Notes: generated by a model from the letters alone, not told the origin. Shown: positions 9,133-16,769, numbered from the stretch's first letter. The stretch is 64,000 bases of DNA from Silicimonas sp. (GCA_025800205.1 JAOXSD010000174.1:9544-73543), one strand, 5' to 3'. Numbers and translations are program-made.

Positions 9133-9782
9133 GCGCCACCGAAGAGCTTAAGTCCCGGAATGCAACTGCCTGGGAGGCGGCGACCCGACATGCTTTCACC
9201 GATGCGCTGGCCGATGGCAGCCTCGCGCGTGACAAGATGGCCGGGTATCTTCAGCAGGATTACCTGTTTGTCGAAGGCTTCGTGCGGCTTCTGGCCTCTG
9301 CCGTGGCCCATGCGCCGCGCCTTGCGGATGCGGTGCCGGGCGCCCAGTTCCTGGGCCTGATCTGCGGACCGGAGAACACATATTTCCTGCGCGCGCTCGA
9401 CGCGCTCGAGGTGCCCGAAGCCGAAGACGCCGCCCGGGAAACCCGTGCCTTTCAGGAGCTGATGGACGAGGCGCGCCGCTCGGGCCGCTATGAAATCATG
9501 CTGGCGGTGCTGGTTGTGGCCGAATGGGTCTATCTCGAATGGGCGCAACCCTTTGAGCGCCGCGCAGACGATCTGCCGTTCTGGCTGGGAGAATGGATCA
9601 CCCTTCATTCCGGACCCGGGTTCGAGGGCGTGGTGGCCTATCTGCGCGGCCAGTTGGATACGGTCTGGACGGGGCTGGACGAGGCGGGCCGGACCGACGT
9701 CGCCGCCATTTTTGCCCGCGCGGTGATTCTGGAACAGGCGTTTTTCGATGCCGCCTGGGCCGGGTTCCCGGTGGCGCGATGA
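9129..9782 (+). CDS. TenA-family protein, second copy, lacking the conserved Cys
   Basis: FTDALADGSLARDKMAGYLQQDYLFVEGFVRLL aligns with TenA. The position of the TenA Cys reads LAVLVVAEWVYLEWA (Ala). Overlaps both neighbours. Confidence 0.75.
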   Translation: MSATEELKSRNATAWEAATRHAFTDALADGSLARDKMAGYLQQDYLFVEGFVRLLASAVAHAPRLADAVPGAQFLGLICGPENTYFLRALDALEVPEAEDAARETRAFQELMDEARRSGRYEIMLAVLVVAEWVYLEWAQPFERRADDLPFWLGEWITLHSGPGFEGVVAYLRGQLDTVWTGLDEAGRTDVAAIFARAVILEQAFFDAAWAGFPVAR

Positions 9783-10519
9783 AAGCCTGGCAGGCCGGTC
9801 TGGCCTCGGCTCTGGCCGGGATCGCGGTGTGGCAGGCAGTGGTCAGCCTCACCGGCCTGCCCCGTTTCATTCTGCCGCCACCCGCATTGGTGGCGGAAAC
9901 GATCTGGGACAATCGGGCGCTTCTGGCCCATCATGCGGGCATCACCTTTGCCGAGGTGCTGATCGGGCTCGCCCTCGGGGCCATTCTCGGCGGGCTTTCC
10001 GCCATCGGCCTTGCAGCCTCGCCGCTCGCCCGTGTCCTGGTGCGCCCGATGCTGGTCTTTTCCCAGGCCATTCCGGTCTTTGCCCTGGCCCCGATCCTGA
10101 CCCTCTGGCTTGGATTCGGCCTTGGATCAAAGATCGCCATGGCCTTGATTATCATATATTTTCCCGTCACCTCATCGTTCTTTGATGCGTTGATGCGCAC
10201 CGATCGCGACTGGCTGGGTCTGGCCCGCGTCATGGGGGCGACACCGGCCCGGATCATGTGGCACATCCGTATTCCCGCCGCTCTTCCCGGTTTTGCTTCA
10301 GGCCTGCGCCTCGCTGCAGTTTATGCGCCCATCGGCGCGATCATCGGCGAATGGGTCGGTGCGTCCCAGGGGCTAGGCTACCTGATGTTGCTCGCCAACG
10401 GTCGCGCCAAGACCGACCTGATGTTTGCGGCCCTGATCACGCTCGCGGTGTTGACGCTTTTGCTCCATGCCGCGGTCAACAAGGCCTGCGAAAAGACCCT
10501 GGATCGGCCGAGCGGCTGA
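9779..10519 (+). CDS. ABC transporter permease (thi-linked)
   Basis: MKAWQAGLASALAGIAVWQAVV... is multi-TM with a BPD-transport-type loop. The ATG at 9779 overlaps the stop of the upstream gene. The track start at 9593 is an extension. Confidence 0.85.
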   Translation: MKAWQAGLASALAGIAVWQAVVSLTGLPRFILPPPALVAETIWDNRALLAHHAGITFAEVLIGLALGAILGGLSAIGLAASPLARVLVRPMLVFSQAIPVFALAPILTLWLGFGLGSKIAMALIIIYFPVTSSFFDALMRTDRDWLGLARVMGATPARIMWHIRIPAALPGFASGLRLAAVYAPIGAIIGEWVGASQGLGYLMLLANGRAKTDLMFAALITLAVLTLLLHAAVNKACEKTLDRPSG

Positions 10520-10572
10520 GCCATGCGCTCGCGATCAGGGGATCCGGCCGGACAGAGCGTCACCGCCGGTGT

Positions 10573-11025
10573 TCAGCGCCGCAGCGCTGGCAGAAGGTGG
10601 ACTGCGAATTTCAACTGGCTGGCAAGGTAGCCATTGGCTTTGGGAAGGCCGTCCGTCGCATCCGCCCGGCGCAGATTGTAGAACATGTGAAACGACGGTT
10701 CCGGAAGGCCTTCGTGTTCGATGATCCAGCGCGAGGGGATCAGCATCAGCCGGGGTAGGCCGGGGATATTGGCCTTTTCGAGGATCGGTGCGGCGCAGCT
10801 GTCGCAATGGCCGCGACGCAACAATGGCGGTTGCTTGTAGGCCTTGTAGGAGACGGATCCGGTCGAGCACTCCCGAAAGTCACGCGCGCGAAACACGGTG
10901 AAATCGGCGAAATCCCGATTGTGGTAGGATTTGCAGATCTCGCAATGACAATAGGCACGTAGCAAAGGCCGCGCAGTTTCGAACCGGATTTCACCGCAGG
11001 TGCATTGGCCGTTCAGCTGTGTCAT
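10573..11025 (-). CDS. GFA-family (glutathione-dependent formaldehyde-activating / CENP-V-like) zinc protein
   Basis: Cys motifs CTCGEIRF, CHCEICKS and CDSCAAPI, spaced as in the GFA family. 150 aa. Confidence 0.75.
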   Translation of the reverse strand: MTQLNGQCTCGEIRFETARPLLRAYCHCEICKSYHNRDFADFTVFRARDFRECSTGSVSYKAYKQPPLLRRGHCDSCAAPILEKANIPGLPRLMLIPSRWIIEHEGLPEPSFHMFYNLRRADATDGLPKANGYLASQLKFAVHLLPALRR

Positions 11026-11184
11026 GTAAATGTCTCGTTACCATCCCGAAACGCCCCTCTGCCTGTCGGCCCTCGCCGCCGCAAGTGCCGCGATCCGCGA
11101 CGTTACGTCACACGGTATGGTTGTATGAGACAGTCGGTCTCAGTCAGATTGGCCCACCGGACCCGGTGCTGCGTCTGGCCCGGA

Positions 11185-12732
11185 TCAGAGATCGATTAGC
11201 ACCTGGCGTGCGGTCTCCAGATAGGCTGTCTGTGTTTCCGGTTTCATCCGGTCCCAGGTGCGATAAATCTGCCCGAGACGCGGATTGCCGCCCAGCCTGT
11301 CCCGGTTGCGCACCAGAAAATCCCAGTAAAGCGGGTTGAACGGGCAGGCGCCTTTGCCTGTTTTCTTCTGCACGTCAAAGGCACATCTGCCGCAATGATC
11401 GGACATCTTGTTGATGTAATTGCCGCTGGCCGCATAGGGTTTGGAGCCGAGGATGCCGCCATCGGCAAACTGGCTCATGCCGATCACATTGGGCGCTTCG
11501 ACCCATTCGAATGCATCGGCATAGACCGCCAGATACCATTCATGTACCTCGGCAGGGGCGACACCGGCCAGCATGGCGAAATTTCCGGTGACCATCAGCC
11601 GCTGGATGTGGTGGGCATAGGCCTCGTCCCGGGTTTGGCCGATGGCGGCGGCCAGACAGGCCATTCCGGTGTCCCCGGTCCAGTAGAACTCCGGCAGCGG
11701 GCGCGTGGCCTCGAGGTGGTTCATCTCGGTCAGGCCGGGCATGAAACGCCAGTAGATCCCCCGCACATATTCCCGCCATCCGATGATCTGGCGGATATAG
11801 CCCTCCGCCGCATTGAGCGGAGTGTGGCCGTCCAGATATGCGCGTTCGACCCTTTGGCACACTTCCAGCGGGTTCAGGAGGCCCGCGTTCATGTAGTGGG
11901 ACAGAACCGAGTGATAGAGGAAGTTCTCGCCCTCCAGCATCGCGTCCTGATAATCGCCGAAGCCGGGGAGCGCCTCGGTTGCGAAATGCTCCAGCGCGAC
12001 AAGGGCATCCTTGCGGGTGACGGCGAACCAGAAGGGGCGCAGGCGGCCGAAGTGGTCGCCAAACCGGTCGGCCACCAGATCGAGCACCGCCTCGGTCGTG
12101 GCATCCGGCGCGACCTGAAGGGGGCGCGGCATGAACAGATCGCCGCGCGCCGGTTTGCGGTTCTCCTGATCGAAATTCCACTGGCCACCCTCCGGGGCGT
12201 CGCCCTGCATCAAAAGCCCGGTCTTGCGCCGCATCTCGCGATAGAAATATTCCATCCGCAGGGCCTTGCGCCCCTCCGCCCAGGCTTCGAACATCCCGTG
12301 ACTGGCCAGAAACCGGTCGTCTTCGAGCATCTCGATGGCCACGCCTTCGGCCTCGGCCCAATCGCGGATCGCGGCCCTCAGCCGGTATTCCCCGGGCTCG
12401 GTCACCAGCAGGCTGTCGCAGCCGCAGGCCGCCATGGCCCGTGCAATCTCGCCCGGAATGGTGCCGCTGTTGCCCGGCGCGTCCAGCGTCACGTAACGCA
12501 GGTTCCAGCCCTCGCCGCGCAGGTCTTCGGCAAAGTGCCGCATGGCTGACAGGATAAAGGCGATCTTCTTCTGATGGTGGCGCACATAGGTCGCCTCACC
12601 GGCCACTTCGGCCATCAGGATCACGTCACGCCCCGGGTCGGCGGCTTTCAGGGCCGCCAGATCGGGGCTGAGCTGATCGCCCAGAATCAGAACCAGCCGG
12701 CGGGTGGCAAGGGATGGGGAGGTGTCGGTCAT
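11185..12732 (-). CDS. cryB: Fe-S bacterial cryptochrome/photolyase family protein (CryB / PhrB (6-4) photolyase type)
   Basis: 515 aa. RRLVLILGDQLSPD N-terminus and HHIQRLMVTGNF FAD-domain motif. Four Cys in the FeS-BCP pattern: C in GMACLAAAIGQ, plus CGRC-x12-C in DHCGRCAFDVQKKTGKGACPFN. Confidence 0.85.
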   Translation of the reverse strand: MTDTSPSLATRRLVLILGDQLSPDLAALKAADPGRDVILMAEVAGEATYVRHHQKKIAFILSAMRHFAEDLRGEGWNLRYVTLDAPGNSGTIPGEIARAMAACGCDSLLVTEPGEYRLRAAIRDWAEAEGVAIEMLEDDRFLASHGMFEAWAEGRKALRMEYFYREMRRKTGLLMQGDAPEGGQWNFDQENRKPARGDLFMPRPLQVAPDATTEAVLDLVADRFGDHFGRLRPFWFAVTRKDALVALEHFATEALPGFGDYQDAMLEGENFLYHSVLSHYMNAGLLNPLEVCQRVERAYLDGHTPLNAAEGYIRQIIGWREYVRGIYWRFMPGLTEMNHLEATRPLPEFYWTGDTGMACLAAAIGQTRDEAYAHHIQRLMVTGNFAMLAGVAPAEVHEWYLAVYADAFEWVEAPNVIGMSQFADGGILGSKPYAASGNYINKMSDHCGRCAFDVQKKTGKGACPFNPLYWDFLVRNRDRLGGNPRLGQIYRTWDRMKPETQTAYLETARQVLIDL

Positions 12733-12779
12733 GGAGCGGAGCTAGGGCGAAACGGCCCCGCGCCCAGCCCGGTTTCGGA

Positions 12780-13442
12780 TCAGGACAGGCGCGCCCGTCT
12801 GGCCTGCAAATCCTCCGGGTCGGTTTGCAAAAGGCGCGCGGCTTGTTCCGGATCACCGCCCGATTGCAGAAGGGCCGCGTCGATGCAGGCTGTTTCGATG
12901 TCGCGGGCGGCCTGGCGCAGGATCTCGTCCAGGGAGGCGTGCCCCAGTTGCGCGGCGAACGGGGCCATGGGATCAGGCATGCCACCGGCCCGCTCCGCCA
13001 ATGCCCGTTCCAGCCGCAGCTGCTCGGTCGCATATTGCCGCTCGACGGAGACCATCGGCCCCAGATCGCGGGCCAGCACGAGATGTTTCGCCTGGCCCTC
13101 GTTCACGAAGCGAAAGAACTTCAACAGGAGAGGCAGGCTCTCACCGGGGCCCGTGCGCAAATTGAGATGGCGCCAGCGGCCGTCCGACCCGGCCTGCGCC
13201 GCATTGTCCGACAGCAGCAATGGCAGCTTTCCGGCACTCTCCGAAAGAACTAGATCCTCCAGCCGCTGGCCGATCCAATTCGAGACCGCAGCCGGGTCCA
13301 GTTGCGATGTCACATGGAGCCCGAGAATGCGCCCGTCATCGGAGAGATTGAGGGTCAGGTCGGAACATTGCCGGATCACCAGGGCGGATTGCGGCAGGGT
13401 CAGCGATGTCAGCCCCTCATCTCCGATCCACCGACTGGTCAT
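12780..13442 (-). CDS. Truncated PpsR-like regulator (N-terminal PAS domain, Q-linker and C-terminal Fis-type HTH-like tail; central PAS1/PAS2 absent), 220 aa
   Basis: Aligns by eye with the window's own PpsR. NWIGQRLEDLVLSES matches QWYGEDFRSTLTVES. LVLARDLGPMVSVERQYATEQLRLERAL matches LLLGRDLRPVAALQQQLIESQRALERDY. LDEILRQAARDIETACIDAALLQSGGDPEQAARLL matches LKDIVAETTDEVEKICIKTAVDMTGNNRVAAAEML. The ATG at 13440-13442 is one nt from the stop of the upstream gene. The track start at 13571 would overlap that gene by 128 nt. Confidence 0.7.
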   Translation of the reverse strand: MTSRWIGDEGLTSLTLPQSALVIRQCSDLTLNLSDDGRILGLHVTSQLDPAAVSNWIGQRLEDLVLSESAGKLPLLLSDNAAQAGSDGRWRHLNLRTGPGESLPLLLKFFRFVNEGQAKHLVLARDLGPMVSVERQYATEQLRLERALAERAGGMPDPMAPFAAQLGHASLDEILRQAARDIETACIDAALLQSGGDPEQAARLLQTDPEDLQARRARLS

Positions 13443-13443
13443 C

Positions 13444-14214
13444 TCACAACCGCTTTTCTGCAGGCAGCGGGTCTTGTCGTTGCCGCAAATGGCGCGAGGC
13501 AGCGCCGGCATCGAGAAAAATCCGGTCGGCGCCCAGGAAGGCGTATTGCTCCAGCGGCGCGGTAAAGGCACCGCCGCCCAGAAGCACTTCCAGTTTCGAA
13601 TTCACGCTTTCCATGCGGGCATCCAGGATGAAATCGGCCATTCCAAGCAGGTTCCTATCATATCCCACGGAAATGCCCAATGCACAGGTCGCCGCAGTGG
13701 AGACCTCCTGCAGAACATCACGCGGATCCTGTCCGGTGATCATGGTCACATCCCAGCCTTCGGCGGTAAGCCGGTCGGCCAGCATTTGCGGTCCCAGCAG
13801 GTGATCCTCTTCGGCTGGCACGAACAATACGAAATTGCCGCAACCCCGCGCTCTGCCCGGTGCCGATCCGTCCAGTGTCGCGCTCAGCCGTCGCAGCAGG
13901 CCAAAGGCCTGGGCCACTTCGCTCGGAGAATGACGTCGTGTCTGGAGCGAGACCTGCAGGGTTTCGACAGAGCGCAACAACAGTGCCCTGCGCGCCACCG
14001 GGGTTCTGAGATCCTCGATCTGCGCGCGCGCGACCGCCATGTCGGAGCGCAGGGCCGCATTGAGAAAGTCGAGCTGTGCATCAAGCGAGACTTGCCTGGG
14101 TGCTCTGGCCTGATTTGCGTTGCTCAAGGCTGTTGCCAGGCTCGCGCGCTGAAGCATCAGCCCCTTGATCAGCCAGCCCTCGGTCTCGTTGCAGATTGAT
14201 GTCGCGCCGTCCAT
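13444..14214 (-). CDS. B12-binding-domain protein, AerR/PpaA-like (or AppA-SCHIC-like), second copy, 256 aa
   Basis: Helical N-terminal half, then a Rossmann-type cobalamin-binding domain with an ExHxxG motif: FVLFVPAEEDHLLGPQMLADRLTAEGWDV. The window's PpaA has VAVILRDCEQHTLGPIILANKLRLAGHTA. Shares RNL...LGG further on. Lies 63 nt downstream of the bchO stop. Confidence 0.7.
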   Translation of the reverse strand: MDGATSICNETEGWLIKGLMLQRASLATALSNANQARAPRQVSLDAQLDFLNAALRSDMAVARAQIEDLRTPVARRALLLRSVETLQVSLQTRRHSPSEVAQAFGLLRRLSATLDGSAPGRARGCGNFVLFVPAEEDHLLGPQMLADRLTAEGWDVTMITGQDPRDVLQEVSTAATCALGISVGYDRNLLGMADFILDARMESVNSKLEVLLGGGAFTAPLEQYAFLGADRIFLDAGAASRHLRQRQDPLPAEKRL

Positions 14215-14277
14215 CCCGTACCGAAGCTCCGTTCCATCCGTCTCGACAAAAAAAGCTTAGATGGGAATCTGGGTTCG

Positions 14278-15141
14278 TCAAGTCTGGCGTGATCCGGCAA
14301 GAAAGGCCCGCAGCGGGGTGGCGACGGTTTGCGGGGCTTCCTCCTGGGCCAGGTGACCCAGATCCGGCAGGACAATCAGGCGCGCCTGCGGGAGCCGGTC
14401 GGCGGCCTTGCGTCCGACCTCCGGCGGGACGGTTCGATCCCGTTCACCGACCAGCACCAGCGCCGACGCCTTCACCGCGGGCAGCGCGCGCAGAAGCGGC
14501 TTGAGATCCCAGGCGGCCATCATGGCCAGGGTGGCCGCCACGTGATCCCGGTCTTGCAAAAGGTGCAGGTAGCGCTGTTCCATGTCGGGCGTGATCTGTG
14601 ATCCGGTGGCGCGCAGCAATCTGCGGACCGTGCCCTTTCGTCCGGCCATGGTGCTGAACAGATCGGCTGTGAACGGCGCGCGGACCAGCCCGCGGGCAAG
14701 GGCGGGGAAGAGCCAGCCCGCCAGGCCTTCGAACCCGCTCAACGCCGGATTGATCAGGACGACGGCGGCGTTCCGTCCCCGCCGGCTCATCTCAAGCGCA
14801 ATTGCGGCCCCCGCTGAATGGCCGACGAGACCTGCAACGGGCCATCCTCCCGCTGTCAGCAAGGCGTCCAGATCTTCCGCCATGGCCGCCAGCCCGAACC
14901 GCCCCGGCCGTCCGGCCCGGGTGAAGCCCTGACCGGTCAGATCCGGAATGATCAGTGTGAACTCGTCTTTCAGGACATCCGCCAACCCGTGCCAGCTTTG
15001 CCCCGCGCCTCCCGCGCCGTGAAGCATCACCAGCCCTGGGCCGCGCCCCAGAACCTGCACATGCCAGCGGTGGCCTGCGGCCTCGATCTGGCGGCTGGCC
15101 TCGGCATGGGGCCAACCATGGGCCTGGGGCGGCCATTTCAC
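14278..15141 (-). CDS. bchO: BchO, alpha/beta-hydrolase-fold protein of the bchIDO operon
   Basis: (V)KWPPQAHGWPH...WHVQVLGRGPGLVMLHGAGGAGQSWHGL...LVGHSAGAAIAL. GTG start at 15139-15141 forms a GTGA overlap with the bchD stop. The 427-aa track ORF is an upstream extension over bchD. Confidence 0.85.
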   Translation of the reverse strand: MKWPPQAHGWPHAEASRQIEAAGHRWHVQVLGRGPGLVMLHGAGGAGQSWHGLADVLKDEFTLIIPDLTGQGFTRAGRPGRFGLAAMAEDLDALLTAGGWPVAGLVGHSAGAAIALEMSRRGRNAAVVLINPALSGFEGLAGWLFPALARGLVRAPFTADLFSTMAGRKGTVRRLLRATGSQITPDMEQRYLHLLQDRDHVAATLAMMAAWDLKPLLRALPAVKASALVLVGERDRTVPPEVGRKAADRLPQARLIVLPDLGHLAQEEAPQTVATPLRAFLAGSRQT

Positions 15142-16769
15142 ACCGCCCCCTCCAGCGCACGGGCAATCGCCCCGCTCATCCGGCGCGCATCCGCATGGGG
15201 CAGGGGCAGATAGGTGGCGGCCAGTGCGTCGGCAAGGCCGGGCAGGGTGGCTGAGGGGCGCGCGCCGGTGTCGATCACCATCGCGCTGACACGGTCGTCG
15301 GCCATCTGCCGGGCCACCCGGCTTGCATCCCCCATGGCATTGGCCCGGTTGCCGCTGCCATCGAGGGCCACATTGGCGCGGCCATCGGTCAACAGGATCA
15401 GCGCCGGGCTCATGCCGCGCCGCCGGGCGGCCTGTGCCTCGGCCCGCGCCGCCACCAGGCCCGCGGCCAGCGGTGTGCCGCCACCACCGGGGAGTGCGGT
15501 CAACCGCTTGCGGGTCTGGATCAGCGACCGGGTCGGGGGAAGCAACAGCGACGCTTCGCATCGGCGAAAGCCGATCAGGGCCACGTGGTCGCGCCGGGCA
15601 TAGGCCTGACCCAACAGGATCTCCACCGCGCCTTTCGCCTCCGCAAGCCGCGCCATGGCGGCCGATCCGGAGGCATCCACTGCAAAGATCAAAAGCCGGT
15701 CGGACCGGTGTTCAAACCGTCTGATCCGGAAATCCGAGGGTCGCAGCGCCAGCGCCATACCCTTCGGGCGCGGGCGCAACCCCTGCCAGGGCGCGGCGGC
15801 CCGCAGGGTGGCGATCACATCGAGCCGGGCGCCGCTGGTCAGCCGTCCGTTTTGTGCAGCAAGCGGTCGCCCGCGCCGGTTGTGGGCCTGTCTCGCCCCG
15901 CTGCCGGTGGTGGTCTGCGCCGCCCGTTGCCGCTGTCCCGCTTGCAACTGCGCCAGCAGATCCGCAGGCAGCGCCGCCTGCGCCGCGTCGATCAGCAATT
16001 CCTCGGGCGGTGAAGCGGTGTTCTGCGGTACGGGGGAATGGCTTTCTTCGGTCTCCGGCGGCGGCGCCTCGGGGGCCGGTGCCGTCCTTGCCCGATGGGC
16101 AAGGACCAGGGCGGCTGCACAGGTCAGATCCTCGGTCGCAACCCGCTCGCGACCGGCTTGCCCCGCCAGATGCCGCGCCGCCCTTGCGGCCATGAGCACG
16201 GGGCGCAGGGACGCAATCCCGAGACCGGATGCCGCTGCAGCGAGGTCCGTGATCTGTTCAGGGGTCAGCTCTGCTGGCGGGTCAGGTGCCCAGGTGCCGA
16301 CCTCGCCACTCTCGCGATGGGAGAGCCCGTCGAGATCGAGAAAGAACGCCAGCCGTTCGGTCAGCCCATGGGGCGGCAGTTCCTCGCAACTGGCCCCCTC
16401 GTCGAGCGCCACCACCCCATGCAGCCCCGCGTCGATCAGCCCGGTCAACCGGGCCGCAAATCCCGGCGTTGCGCGCTCCGCCATGGACAAGGCAAGCACA
16501 TCGGCGCGGGTGGCGATGCCGCCGGTTTCAACCAAACGTCCGGTGGCCAGCATCGCGGTCAGATCGCGCCCGCCGAACAGCGCCTCATCGCTCACATGGG
16601 GATGGATGTCGCCCAGCCGCAGATCAAGCGCGCGAAGGACCGCGATCACGCCCTGGCGCACCGGCCCGTGCCGGGCCCGGATCCAGATCCCTCCGAATCC
16701 TGCGGGATCGGCGGCAAACAGGCGCAGGACCAGCGCCACCCGGTCCCAGCCTTCGGGCGCCGCATTCAT
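15138..16769 (-). CDS. bchD: Mg-chelatase subunit D
   Basis: 543 aa. AAA-like N-terminal half, Pro/acidic linker (APAPEAPPPETEES) and a C-terminal VWA domain with the MIDAS motif FAVDASGS. Overlaps the bchI stop. Confidence 0.9.
   Translation of the reverse strand: MNAAPEGWDRVALVLRLFAADPAGFGGIWIRARHGPVRQGVIAVLRALDLRLGDIHPHVSDEALFGGRDLTAMLATGRLVETGGIATRADVLALSMAERATPGFAARLTGLIDAGLHGVVALDEGASCEELPPHGLTERLAFFLDLDGLSHRESGEVGTWAPDPPAELTPEQITDLAAAASGLGIASLRPVLMAARAARHLAGQAGRERVATEDLTCAAALVLAHRARTAPAPEAPPPETEESHSPVPQNTASPPEELLIDAAQAALPADLLAQLQAGQRQRAAQTTTGSGARQAHNRRGRPLAAQNGRLTSGARLDVIATLRAAAPWQGLRPRPKGMALALRPSDFRIRRFEHRSDRLLIFAVDASGSAAMARLAEAKGAVEILLGQAYARRDHVALIGFRRCEASLLLPPTRSLIQTRKRLTALPGGGGTPLAAGLVAARAEAQAARRRGMSPALILLTDGRANVALDGSGNRANAMGDASRVARQMADDRVSAMVIDTGARPSATLPGLADALAATYLPLPHADARRMSGAIARALEGAV

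Noticed and set aside
12574-14199. 541-aa + strand ORF covering the region of the two small regulator genes
   Set aside because: The product is Arg/Ala/Ser/Pro-rich low complexity with no motifs, and it is antisense to two ORFs with clear domain similarity (B12-binding, PpsR-like). It is a typical high-GC shadow ORF.
14215-14277. Terminator between bchO and the B12-domain gene (T7 run on the minus strand)
   Set aside because: The T-run is preceded only by a 4-bp potential stem (agat/atct). This is not convincing as an intrinsic terminator, so co-transcription with bchO remains possible.
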